A DNA stretch of 64,000 nt, from contig JBGAOZ010000019.1 of the NCBI GenBank assembly GCA_044221545.1, positions 20,833 through 84,832 of the forward strand. Reading direction: 5' to 3'. Each line of letters begins with the position of its first letter. Positions within the stretch are counted from its first letter, which is position 1. The notes under the pieces are model-generated. The model saw nothing but the letters and a program-made list of their open reading frames with translations, was not told the origin of the DNA and did not search any database. This stretch comes from Phycisphaerales bacterium (GTDB taxonomy: Bacteria; Planctomycetota; Phycisphaerae; Phycisphaerales; UBA1924). Positions 46,523 to 56,089 of the stretch are shown here, in pieces. A program made the position numbers and the translations under genes.

Positions 46523-47722
46523 CTACTCGTCGTCGTCCTCGAAGGCCACGTCCCCGGCCGCCGTCGGGATCTCCGCCAGCGTCCCCGGGACCATCGTCGG
46601 CATCCACAGGTCCGCCTCGTCCTGCCCGTCGTTGTGCCGCCGCAGCAGCAGGTAGATCAGCGTCGACGACACGAAGTACGCGCTGACCGCAAACCCGCCC
46701 ACCAGCAGCGCCGGCACATCCTCCCACAGCCCCATGATCGCCTCGGTGGCGCGCCGGCTCCACCCCGGATCGTCCGTTCCCGGCGCGGGCGCTGTCACCC
46801 AGACCATGGACGCCCGCGAGCACAGTCCCAAGGCCCATGACGCGATCAACCACAGGATCCCCGCGGCGATCCCCGTCTGAACCAGCGCCGTGAGCAGGTA
46901 CGCGATCAGCCGCACCGGGCTGGCGACCACGTACGCGAACGCACGCTGCACCGCGTCCAGCGCATCGGTCCCCTCGCACGAGACGGCCGGAATCAAGAGG
47001 TGCTTGCCCAGCGCCGTCCCCAGCACCATCAGCACCGCGATCAGCCCCGCCAGCATGAACAGCGGGTACGCCAGCGCCCCCAGCACCTGAACGTACGCCA
47101 GGTTCAGCAGCACCCACCCGCCGATCGCCAAGCCCAGCAGGATCATCCCCGCACTGATCGGCGCCAGCAGCATCGCCGCCGCCGAGCTCTTCCACTTCGA
47201 GATCGCAAACCCCACCGCCCCCGGCCAGGCCATCCGCACGCCCTGTCCGAACTCCAGCGCCGACATCCGGCAGATCGCCGCGCCGCCCAGCGTCCACACC
47301 GCGATCGTGGGAATCGCCAGCGCCAGCGTCACCCACGGGGAACTCAGCGGCAGGTCAACCACCAGCGCCCACGTCGCCCGCCCGATCCCCCGCGCCACGC
47401 CCGAGAGGTCCCCGCGCCCCGCCCCGAGCGCCAGCTGCTCCCGGGCCCGTTCGAGCGTCCGGCCCGCGAACGCAAACCACAGCCGCCCCGCCTCGGTCCC
47501 CTGCAACGCCCGCACCACCAGCAGGATCACCGTCAGCACCACCGTCCCCAGCACCCACCGCTCCGGGCGCATCGCCAGCCCGGTCGCACGGCGCAGCTTC
47601 GGCCACAGCAATTCCTCCGTGAGGTCCGAGAGAAGCACCGGCCGGATGGGCTGGCCCCGCCGGGTCCGACCGACCGCCGCAGGGATGTTCGCGGTTTGTG
47701 CCGCAGGGCGAGCGCTCTCCAT
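46523..47722 (-). CDS. Multi-pass membrane protein, unknown function
   Basis: 399-aa ATG ORF with about 8 hydrophobic helices and an acidic tail (VAFEDDDE). Host-like codon bias. No motif recognised. Confidence 0.65.
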   Translation of the reverse strand: MESARPAAQTANIPAAVGRTRRGQPIRPVLLSDLTEELLWPKLRRATGLAMRPERWVLGTVVLTVILLVVRALQGTEAGRLWFAFAGRTLERAREQLALGAGRGDLSGVARGIGRATWALVVDLPLSSPWVTLALAIPTIAVWTLGGAAICRMSALEFGQGVRMAWPGAVGFAISKWKSSAAAMLLAPISAGMILLGLAIGGWVLLNLAYVQVLGALAYPLFMLAGLIAVLMVLGTALGKHLLIPAVSCEGTDALDAVQRAFAYVVASPVRLIAYLLTALVQTGIAAGILWLIASWALGLCSRASMVWVTAPAPGTDDPGWSRRATEAIMGLWEDVPALLVGGFAVSAYFVSSTLIYLLLRRHNDGQDEADLWMPTMVPGTLAEIPTAAGDVAFEDDDE

Positions 47723-47845
47723 GCCGCGATGCTAAAGCCTCCGGCGTGCCTCTGCCACCCTGGGGCCTTCCCGGGGCGTGTATTTCTTCCCCCCGCACCT
47801 CCCGCCGCTTGCTCTGGCCTCTCGGAGGGCCGATGATCCTCCCCG

Positions 47846-48901
47846 ATGAGCCGAGAGTTCTTCCGCAACGTCGCCCTCTTCGTCGAACTGCTGGCGATCG
47901 GCCCGCTGGTCAGCATGCTGGTGACCTTCCTGCACGGCGCTGACGGCGGGCCGGTGATCTCGCCCCTGGTCAACGCTTCTCCGCTGCTCGGCGCCGGGAT
48001 CATGTGCCTCATCCTGCTCGCCGCCCTGCTCGTCGGCATCGCCGACGCCCGCTTCTTCGGCCCCAGGTCCGGGCTCGCCGCCGCGGGCTTCATCCTCGGC
48101 TGGTCCGGCTGGCGCACCGGCGAGATCGGCTCGCTCCTGCGCACGGGCGGACACCCCGAAGTCCCCCTGGCGATCGAAGGCCTGGTCATCGGCGCCGCGG
48201 CCCTCTACATCGTTCGAGAGATCGCCCTCGTGGGCAGCATCTTCATGCCCAGCCCCGCGCACCATTCCCAGGGCTCGGCCAACGCGTCCCAGGTCGACCA
48301 CCGAATCAAGTACTTCGCCGTCGGCGGTATCTGGGGTTCCCTGGTCGTCGGCAGCATGGTCCGCCCGGCGCTGGCCCATCGCCCCGGGTCCGCCGGAGAT
48401 CTCGGCCTCCGCGAATCGCTCGCCAACATCTCCCCGGCCCTCCATTTCCGCACGTTCCTTCGCCCCACATCCATGCTGGCGATCGGCGCGGCCACGATTG
48501 CCGCCGGACTTGTCGCCTGGCTCATGGCTTTCCATGGCGCCAAGGGGCAGACCCTCTTTGCCGCCTTCCTCGGTGGGATCGCCGCCGGCGCTGCCGCCGC
48601 GATCGTCTCCGCCGGCTCATCCGATTCACAGGACGATGTGCCCGCCGATCCCGTCCTCTCGGCGTCCCTTGGGATGGTCCTTCTGGCTGTTATCGCCCCC
48701 CTCGCGGCCGTGATCATCCACGGCGTTCCGGGATCCAAAGCTCTGGATTCGGCGATCATGACCGGCAACCTCTTCCACCTCAGCCATATCGGGGCCCTGG
48801 ATTGGGCCTTCGGGGCCCTCATGGGGGTCCCTGTGGGGCTCGGATGGGCCGGCGCCCACGCCCAGATCACCACAGAAGATTCCTCCCCGGCCGCCGCCTG
48901 A
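47846..48901 (+). CDS. Multi-pass membrane protein, unknown function
   Basis: 351-aa ATG ORF with about 9 hydrophobic helices rich in G/A/L. Confidence 0.65.
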   Translation: MSREFFRNVALFVELLAIGPLVSMLVTFLHGADGGPVISPLVNASPLLGAGIMCLILLAALLVGIADARFFGPRSGLAAAGFILGWSGWRTGEIGSLLRTGGHPEVPLAIEGLVIGAAALYIVREIALVGSIFMPSPAHHSQGSANASQVDHRIKYFAVGGIWGSLVVGSMVRPALAHRPGSAGDLGLRESLANISPALHFRTFLRPTSMLAIGAATIAAGLVAWLMAFHGAKGQTLFAAFLGGIAAGAAAAIVSAGSSDSQDDVPADPVLSASLGMVLLAVIAPLAAVIIHGVPGSKALDSAIMTGNLFHLSHIGALDWAFGALMGVPVGLGWAGAHAQITTEDSSPAAA

Positions 48902-49104
48902 GGCCTTCCTGACCCCTCGCGGACCCAAAAACAGCCCACGGCGGCCCGGTCAGGAGCCGATCAACAGTTCCAGAGGGAACCGCTGGAAACCCCGAGCGTC
49001 CAACCCGGTACGATTGGTGTACCAACCCGCCGGACGGCCCTCCAAGGCCGACCCCGGCAGCCCCAGCCTGCGGAACCGCTCCGCGGCGTCCAGAGGAGCC
49101 CGCC

Positions 49105-50073
49105 ATGACGACTCGCCGCCGGTTTGCCGTTGCAGGTCTGTTGGTCGCATCCGGGCTCGCCGCTCCGGTCCTCGCGCAGCAGTCGCCCGCCGTGCAGGTC
49201 CCCACCCAGCAGACCACCCGCGTGCAGACGAGTGTCTCGGCCCCCGCGGGCACGGAGACCATCGTGATGTCCTCGCGGCCCGAGCGCGACACGCTCGCCA
49301 AGTTCGCCCGGCCCCTGACCGTCGAGTTCAAGGAGTCACGCCTCGAGGATGTCATCAAGTTTATGACCGAGGTGACCGGCGCCGACCTCGAGCCCATGTG
49401 GCAGGACGACCGCAACTCCACCGGCCTCAACAAGGACATGCTGATCACGCTCAACGCCAAGGGCACCAACGCCCTCAAGGTGCTCGAGAAGATCCTCCAG
49501 AAGGCCAGCGAGAAGGGCGACCTGCTCGAGAACACATGGCAGATGTCCGACACCGGCGCGATGCAGATCGGCCCCAAGGAACGCCTCAACGCCTTCAAGC
49601 GCCTCGAGATCTACGACATCAACGACCTGCTCGTCGAACTCCCGCGCTACGACCAGGCCCCCGAGTTCGATCTCCAGTCCGTCCTCCAGAGCTCAGGCCA
49701 GGGCGGCGGCGGCAGCAGCCAGAGCCCCTTCCGCGATACCCAGAGCGGACGCAATCAGAACCCCGGCCTCTCCCGCGAGGACAAGGGCAAGAACGTCATC
49801 GACATCATCACCGGCCTGATCGAGACCGAGCAGTGGTCCGACAACGGCGGCACCGGCGGCACCATCCGCTACTACCAGGGCACCCTCATGGTCAACGCCC
49901 CCGACTACATGCACCGGCAGATCAACGGCTACGACTACTGGCCCGCCGGCTCCCAGTCCGCCACCGTCGTCAACGGTCGCCGATGGGTCTCGCTCAACCT
50001 CGACACCGCCGTCTCCACCCTCGACGGGCTCGCCAACCAGCCCGTGACCGCGGTCGTCCCCGGCGGTCGCTGA
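49105..50073 (+). CDS. Secreted protein of unknown function with twin-arginine-like signal peptide
   Basis: GAGGAG RBS. MTTRRRFAVAGLLVASGLAAPVLAQ fits T-R-R-x-F plus an h-region plus A-x-A. Globular body with a G/S/Q-rich linker. Confidence 0.7.
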   Translation: MTTRRRFAVAGLLVASGLAAPVLAQQSPAVQVPTQQTTRVQTSVSAPAGTETIVMSSRPERDTLAKFARPLTVEFKESRLEDVIKFMTEVTGADLEPMWQDDRNSTGLNKDMLITLNAKGTNALKVLEKILQKASEKGDLLENTWQMSDTGAMQIGPKERLNAFKRLEIYDINDLLVELPRYDQAPEFDLQSVLQSSGQGGGGSSQSPFRDTQSGRNQNPGLSREDKGKNVIDIITGLIETEQWSDNGGTGGTIRYYQGTLMVNAPDYMHRQINGYDYWPAGSQSATVVNGRRWVSLNLDTAVSTLDGLANQPVTAVVPGGR

Positions 50074-50138
50074 GCCCACGCCACGCTCGGCGGGCCCCTC
50101 CACCTCGATCCGCCCCCCTGCTCGCGAACACCGCGCGA

Positions 50139-51191
50139 TCATTCTTCCTCCGCTTCCTCATCCCCCTCGTCCGCTTCGCTCACCGGCGCGGGGAATCCGA
50201 TCCCCATCAATTGCTCCATCTGCCCCGCGATCCGGCGTGATCGCCAGACCCCCAGCGGCCCGCCCGGCAGCGAGAGCAGCTTCAGCGTGACCGGCCGCGC
50301 TGCGCCCGCCCCGCCGCGCTCCAGCTCGACCATCACCGAAGTAACCTCCCCGGCAACCTCCGCGTGGAACCGCGCGATGTCCCGGGCCTCCAGGTCGACC
50401 ACGCGCCGGATCACGATCCAGCGCACGATCTCGATGCTCAGCCGCGGACCCCGCCCCGTCTGCTCGACCATCCACTGCACCACCTGCGGGCCGACCAGCT
50501 TCGACAGCCCCCCCGCGATCGCGCCGATGTGCAGGAAGAACTGCCAGCCGTGCACCGATCCCCCACGGCCCCGCGAGCCCAGGATCGCCGCGCCCAGGCC
50601 CAGCGTCACGCCCGCCACGATCAGGATCGCGTAGCACAGCCGGCGGAAGATCCACAGCCGCGTCGGCGTGCCCAGCGCCAGGTGAAGACCGTGCTCCGAG
50701 CTTTCCACCACACGGAACGGTTTGAACCACTCCCCCAGCACCGGCGGCACATCCACCGCAAGCCGCTCGGCCGGCGCCCCCTTCACCGCCCGGCTCGCCC
50801 GCTTGCGCAGCGAATCCCTCACGCAGATGAACACCACCGCGGAGATCACGCTCACCACGCTCAGGCCCAGCCCGACCGCCATCTCGATCATGTGCACCGG
50901 GGCGGCGCGCGCACCCGACGACCACGTCAGCGCGATCGCGCCCATCGCCACCGCAAACCACGCCCCCGACATCCACCAGCTCAGCCTCGCGCGGCCGGCC
51001 ATCCGCTCGGCGCGATCCTCCAGCCCCATCACCCGCTCCAGCAGGTCGATCGGGTCGGGCGGCGGGACCGGTGGCGGGTCCGTCGGCCAGGCCGGTCCCG
51101 CGGCCGCGCCGGATGATGAAAGGGGCTCGGGCACTCCCAAAGATACCCCACGGACGCCCGAACGGTCTCGCCGCCCGCCACGCAGGTGCAT
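50139..51191 (-). CDS. Membrane protein (2 TM + 2 TM + PH-like segment), unknown function
   Basis: 350-aa ORF. Two TM hairpins are followed by LSIEIVRWIVIRRVVDLEARDIARFHAEV...VTLKLLS. Acidic tail EADEGDEEAEEE. Start uncertain. Confidence 0.55.
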   Translation of the reverse strand: MHLRGGRRDRSGVRGVSLGVPEPLSSSGAAAGPAWPTDPPPVPPPDPIDLLERVMGLEDRAERMAGRARLSWWMSGAWFAVAMGAIALTWSSGARAAPVHMIEMAVGLGLSVVSVISAVVFICVRDSLRKRASRAVKGAPAERLAVDVPPVLGEWFKPFRVVESSEHGLHLALGTPTRLWIFRRLCYAILIVAGVTLGLGAAILGSRGRGGSVHGWQFFLHIGAIAGGLSKLVGPQVVQWMVEQTGRGPRLSIEIVRWIVIRRVVDLEARDIARFHAEVAGEVTSVMVELERGGAGAARPVTLKLLSLPGGPLGVWRSRRIAGQMEQLMGIGFPAPVSEADEGDEEAEEE

Positions 51192-51222
51192 CCTCGGCCC
51201 CGGTTTGCGGTAGAGTCTGCAT

Positions 51223-52707
51223 ATGTCCGAACCAGCAAGAACCCGCTCGTTCTTCCGACGCTACCCCGGGCTGACCATCTCCTCGGCGATCTTCCTCGCA
51301 CTGGTCGGCTACTTCCTCTACGAACTCACCCGGGCGATCACCGCCAAGCCCGGCGCCGCGGGCCTGTACGCCAAGGACATCGAAGCCGCCGTCCGCACCA
51401 GCCAGAAGAACCTCCCCGGCCAGGATGCCTGGGGGCAGTTCCTGCTCGCGATGAACGCCCTGGACGCCGGCCAACGCTCCTACGCGAGCAGGATCGGCAG
51501 GCCCTCCACCGGCGGTGCGTACCCCGACCCCCCCGTCGACTGGCCCGATGGCGTCGACTGGCCCGTCGACCCCTCGGCCGTCGGAACCGAGAAGTCCTCC
51601 CCGCGCACCGAGGCCTACGTCCGCGACCTGCTCACCCAGCTCCGCGCCGATGGCTCGCTCGCCGAGCTCGCCAAGCTCGTTCCGCCGGCCCCCGCCGTCC
51701 GGCCTATCCCGCCCACCAAGATGCTCGAGCTGCTCTTGCCCGAGCTGGGCAAGTCACGCCAGGTCGCCCGCCTCAACCGCGCCCGCATGGTGCTCGCCCT
51801 CGACGCCGGCGACACCGCCGAGTTCCTCGCCGCCTTCGAGCAGTCCCTGGCCCTGGCTCGTGTCGTCGGAAACCAGGGCACGCTCATCGACCACCTCGTC
51901 GGCCTGGCGATCACCGCCATGACGCTGGACCACCTCCGCTACCAGATCGCCGACAACCGCCTCGACGCCCCGACCCTGCGCAGCGCCCTCGCGGCGATCG
52001 ATCGCCAGCTCCCCTTCACCGGCATGTCGGTCGCCCTCGACACCGAACGCTACATGGCCCTCGACACGATCGAGTGGACCCACTCGACCGAGGGCCGCGC
52101 CATGGTCGGCAGCTCCATGTCGATCGCCAACGGCTCCGGGGACGCCAGGCCCGTCTCGCTCGGCGGCGTTGAGAACATCGTCTCGATCGTTCTCCCCTCC
52201 AAGAAGCAGTCGCAGGACGCCGTCGAGCAGTTCCACACGCTCGTCCGCAAGCAGGCCGAACTCCCCTTCTACGCCCGCGCCCGCCCCTCGCCCGCCGAGA
52301 CCTTCGCCGAAGGTCTCTCACGCCGCTACGTCGTCGTCAAGCTCCTCATCCCCGCCGTCGACAGGGCCCTCACCACCGAGTCCGCCGTCCATGATGCGAT
52401 CGCCGGCACACGCATCATGATCGCCCTTCAGCTCCACCGCCTGGACAAGGGCGCCTACCCCGCCGCCCTCCAGGACCTCGTCCCCGCGTACCTTCCCGCG
52501 CTCCCCCCCGACGAGTTCAACGCCGCCGGCATCACGTACAAGCTCCGCGACGCCGCCAGCGCCGACCCGGTCGCCGCCTACGTGCTCTACTCCTTCGGCG
52601 CGGACCTGGCCGACAACGGCGGCGCGGTCCCCCCCGACGGCATCCTCAACGCCAACACCTCGGGAAGCGATCTGCTCTACAACACGCACCGCCCGCGCGC
52701 CAAGTAG
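51223..52707 (+). CDS. N-terminally anchored protein of unknown function
   Basis: 494-aa ATG ORF. One TM helix (LTISSAIFLALVGYFLY), then an all-helical body. Confidence 0.65.
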   Translation: MSEPARTRSFFRRYPGLTISSAIFLALVGYFLYELTRAITAKPGAAGLYAKDIEAAVRTSQKNLPGQDAWGQFLLAMNALDAGQRSYASRIGRPSTGGAYPDPPVDWPDGVDWPVDPSAVGTEKSSPRTEAYVRDLLTQLRADGSLAELAKLVPPAPAVRPIPPTKMLELLLPELGKSRQVARLNRARMVLALDAGDTAEFLAAFEQSLALARVVGNQGTLIDHLVGLAITAMTLDHLRYQIADNRLDAPTLRSALAAIDRQLPFTGMSVALDTERYMALDTIEWTHSTEGRAMVGSSMSIANGSGDARPVSLGGVENIVSIVLPSKKQSQDAVEQFHTLVRKQAELPFYARARPSPAETFAEGLSRRYVVVKLLIPAVDRALTTESAVHDAIAGTRIMIALQLHRLDKGAYPAALQDLVPAYLPALPPDEFNAAGITYKLRDAASADPVAAYVLYSFGADLADNGGAVPPDGILNANTSGSDLLYNTHRPRAK

Positions 52708-52713
52708 CCCGGC

Positions 52714-55700
52714 TCACCGACCCGGCGCATCCTTGGCGTCCGTGCTCGACGGTGGAGGCGGCGGTGGGGCGGGTGCCGGCGCAGCGCCCGACGCATCCCT
52801 GGCGCCCGCCGGCGCGTTGGCCTTGTCCACTATCCGGTTGAACACCCTCCGGATCAGGTCCGAGTATCGCGGCGGAATGCTCTGCTGCTCCAGCGCACGC
52901 TCCACTCCCTTGGCCGCCTCGCGCGCCGACTCGCGCGATACTCCCACGGGCGCCCGGGTCGCCGGCGCATCCCCGAGGATCTTCGGTACATCCGCGATCG
53001 GCCGCTCTCCGGTCGCGTCCGATGCGCTGCGGCGAGCATCCAGGCCCTCCCGACGCGTCGGGTCGCCCTCGAACGGCCGCGCCGGCTCCCGGCGCTTGTT
53101 CCCGTTCCTCCCATCCCCGCGAGGATTCCCCGGCCCATCCCGCCCGCGCGCCCCGGGATCCTCGTCCGCGCCCGTCCCCTCCTGGCCCGGCGGACGTTCT
53201 CCGCTGCCCTTGGGCTGCGTGCTCTTTGGATCCTGCTCACCCGGCCGCGGCTCCTGGCCCGCGCGATCCTTGGCCATCTGCTGCGCGAGCTTCTCGAGCT
53301 CCCGGCGCTGCTCGGGCGTGGCGCGGCGGAGCAGCTCCTCGGCCTTCTTTCGCAGCTCCTGGCTGTACTGCTGGTTGCGCTGGGCGTCGCGCCCCTGGTC
53401 GGCGAGCTTCTGCATCTCCTTGGCGATCTTCTCCAGCCCGCTCATGTCCGACGGCAGCTTGTCGGGCAGCCCGGGATCACCGGGTGATTCGCCCGGCTTG
53501 GCGCCCCGCGGCGACGGCTCCGCATCCTTCCCCTCGGCGCTCGAATCCGGCTTGCGATCCGGTTCCCGCTCCGCGCCGGTCGGGTCCTTCTCACCCGGCC
53601 GAGGCTCCTGCCCTTGGCGCTCATGATCGTCCGCGCCCGGCGCCTCCTTCGGCTGCTCCCCGGGCTTCTGGCCCTGCGATCGGTCACCCCGCTCGCCCGC
53701 CTGTTTGCCGGGCTGCGGTTCAGGCTTCTGATCTGCCTTCTGATCCGGCTTCCGATCCGCCCCTTGATCCTGTGTCTCGCGCGGTTTGGATCCGCTCTCC
53801 GGTTCGCGCTGCGGATCTCCCGGTCGATCCGACCGACCGGGCCGTTGGTCCCCAGGCTTGGGCGTTTCGCCGGGCCGCTCCCCGGGTTTCTTCTGATCCG
53901 GCTGCGACGACCGCGTGTCCTGACCCTCGCGCTGCTCGCCGGGCTCGGCACGCGGCCGGTCTTCCTTCTTGGGCGACCCCTCGCGCAGCTCGCGGGCCGC
54001 CTGCTTCATCGCATCCCGCACTCCCTGCGTCGGGCTCTCCCGCGGCTTCTCGTCCCCGGGCTTCTGTTCGGCGCTGTTCTTTTCACCGGACTGCTTCTGA
54101 TCCGCCGCGCCCGCCGGCTGGGATTTCTGATCCCCGCCCTGCTGCGCGCCATCGCGTTGCTCGCCCGGCGCTGATGAGTCCTTCTTCTCCCCGGCCTGCC
54201 CGCTCGCCTGCTCCTCGGAAGACTTCCGGCCTTCATCCTTGTCCGCATCGCTCTTCTTGTCCTGCGCTTTGGAATCCTCGCCGCTCGCGGGTCGATCCTT
54301 CGCGGGACCTTGGTCCTTGTGCTCGGCCTGCTCATTCCCCGACGGCTCGGAGGGCGAACGCTCCTTCGTTCCCGTGCCGTCCTTGCGATCCCCGTCGCGC
54401 TTGGCCGCATCATCCTTGCGATCCGGTGCCCGGTCCTTCGGCGCGGATGGATCCGCGGAGTTGTCTGTCTGCTTCTGGTCCTTGTCGCTCTCGCCGCGAT
54501 CCGGCGATGATGTTCCAGACTTGGGAACCGGCCGTCCGGGCTCCTTGTCGCCCGCGGGCTCCGCCTGGCGTGCCTTCTCGCCGGCCTTGTCTTTGGTCTT
54601 CTCTTCGGCCTTCTCCCGCGGAGACTCTGCCCCTGGCTCTGCTTCCGTCTCCTTCGGCCCCTGAGCCTTCTGCTCGGTCGGCGGTGGGATCCGAGGCTTC
54701 TGGGAGACCGGCCGTTCCGTTGTCCCGAGCGGCTCGCCCTTCTCCGCCGGCGATCCGTCGCGCATTCTCGTCGATTCCGCTTGCCCGGCCCCGGAGTCGG
54801 CGGGCGATGTGCTCGCGTTCCCGTTCTCCTCGGGCTTCTGCTTCTCGAGTTCATCCGCGAGCCGCTGGAGTTCATCCGCCAGCGCTTCCCGCTGCGCCGG
54901 CTCGAGACCCTCGGCGGCCTTGGCGATCCTCTGGGCCGCCGAGTGCGCGGCGTCGAGGTCCCCCTCGCGCACGGCCCTGGAGAACTCCTCGGCCGCCGCG
55001 CTGCGCTGGGCCTGGCTCGTCCCGCGCCGCGCGGCCTGCGCCAGCTGCCGCCGCGCTTCGCTCACGCGAGCGTCCTCTTCCTTCGATCGCGAGGCCAGCG
55101 AGTCGGCGATCTCATCCACCTTCCGCGCCGACTCGGCCAGCGATTCGCTCGCCGGCTTGCCCTTGCCCGGCTGCGCGAGTTCCTTGGTGATCTCATCCAA
55201 CTGCGCGAGCCGCCGCTGCGCTTCGGCCGCCCGCGGGCCATCCAGCGCCGATTCCCTCACCACTTCCTTCACCGACTGCGCCACCGAATCGACCGTCTGG
55301 GCTGCCGCCGTGCGTGCAACCTCCTGCTCGTGCGCTGCGATCGCCCGAGGATCGACCCGCTGCGGCAGGTACCACGCGCCGATGCCCAGAACGGCGGCGA
55401 ACCCCGCCGCGATCCACGTCCGACCCAGCCGGATCGGCACCGCCGGCCCGATCCGGATTCGCTCGGCAAGCCGCTCGGCATCCCCGATCGCCAGCGGCGC
55501 AAACACACCGCCAGAAGCACCCGCGGCGCCGCCCGCCAGCGCCAGCGCCGACGACAGCCGGTCTTTGAGCCCCAGCCGCTCATCGAGCGTCGCGGCGGCC
55601 TTGAGTTCTCCCCACCGCCGCCACCACGCGACTCCCGCGGCGACCGCGATCGCAGCGCACGGCGATGCGCCCAGCAGCATCATCCACGTCTGGCCCGCCA

Positions 55701-55899
55701 GGTGCACGATCCCCACGCGCGCGGCCGCGATGAGCAGGGCATCGGCGACCCCCGCGCACGCCAGCGCAGTTCCGGCCAGGCGCACGAAGTCGGCAACGAT
55801 CCCCCGCCGCCCCGCGGCCCGGGCGATCCGCCGTGTTTTCAGGGGGGTGGCGGGCATGGGGAATGGTATTCGCGATGCACGATCCGCACGCTGGAGCAT
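52714..55899 (-). CDS. Large membrane-anchored protein with coiled-coil segments and a disordered central region of about 500 aa
   Basis: 1061-aa ORF (alternative ATG at 55857). N-terminal TM pair, Ala/Glu/Arg helices, then a long P/E/K/D/G/Q-rich tract. Structured C-terminus ...ALEQQSIPPRYSDLIRRVFNRI. The + strand ORF 53022..55190 is P/R/A shadow. Confidence 0.7.
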   Translation of the reverse strand: MLQRADRASRIPFPMPATPLKTRRIARAAGRRGIVADFVRLAGTALACAGVADALLIAAARVGIVHLAGQTWMMLLGASPCAAIAVAAGVAWWRRWGELKAAATLDERLGLKDRLSSALALAGGAAGASGGVFAPLAIGDAERLAERIRIGPAVPIRLGRTWIAAGFAAVLGIGAWYLPQRVDPRAIAAHEQEVARTAAAQTVDSVAQSVKEVVRESALDGPRAAEAQRRLAQLDEITKELAQPGKGKPASESLAESARKVDEIADSLASRSKEEDARVSEARRQLAQAARRGTSQAQRSAAAEEFSRAVREGDLDAAHSAAQRIAKAAEGLEPAQREALADELQRLADELEKQKPEENGNASTSPADSGAGQAESTRMRDGSPAEKGEPLGTTERPVSQKPRIPPPTEQKAQGPKETEAEPGAESPREKAEEKTKDKAGEKARQAEPAGDKEPGRPVPKSGTSSPDRGESDKDQKQTDNSADPSAPKDRAPDRKDDAAKRDGDRKDGTGTKERSPSEPSGNEQAEHKDQGPAKDRPASGEDSKAQDKKSDADKDEGRKSSEEQASGQAGEKKDSSAPGEQRDGAQQGGDQKSQPAGAADQKQSGEKNSAEQKPGDEKPRESPTQGVRDAMKQAARELREGSPKKEDRPRAEPGEQREGQDTRSSQPDQKKPGERPGETPKPGDQRPGRSDRPGDPQREPESGSKPRETQDQGADRKPDQKADQKPEPQPGKQAGERGDRSQGQKPGEQPKEAPGADDHERQGQEPRPGEKDPTGAEREPDRKPDSSAEGKDAEPSPRGAKPGESPGDPGLPDKLPSDMSGLEKIAKEMQKLADQGRDAQRNQQYSQELRKKAEELLRRATPEQRRELEKLAQQMAKDRAGQEPRPGEQDPKSTQPKGSGERPPGQEGTGADEDPGARGRDGPGNPRGDGRNGNKRREPARPFEGDPTRREGLDARRSASDATGERPIADVPKILGDAPATRAPVGVSRESAREAAKGVERALEQQSIPPRYSDLIRRVFNRIVDKANAPAGARDASGAAPAPAPPPPPPSSTDAKDAPGR

Positions 55900-55906
55900 C
55901 GATTCG

Positions 55907-55979
55907 GTCTACCCGTCTCGTGGCACAGTCCGTCCCGGCTGTGCCTGCCCCATCTACCACACCGAACCGGCGTCGAGCC
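55907..55979 (+). repeat. Conserved intergenic element, copy A (upstream of trpD)
   Basis: The 37-nt core GTCTACCCGTCTCGTGGCACAGTCCGTCCCGGCTGTG is identical to the reverse complement of 61693-61729. The next 36 nt are about 70% identical to rc 61657-61692. Confidence 0.7.
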
Positions 55980-56089
55980 CGCGCTGCGAACATCCACCCG
56001 GCGTGCCCTGTCTTGCCTTCCAAGTCTTGCTCCGGTCTTACCTACCGTAGTTGCCATCGGTCCGCACGTTCCTGTTGCCGCGCCTCCCC

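Noticed and set aside
53022-55190. 722-aa + strand ORF inside the giant gene
   Set aside because: It is almost pure P/R/A/S, whereas the minus-strand frame has TM helices, coiled coils and a structured C-terminus.
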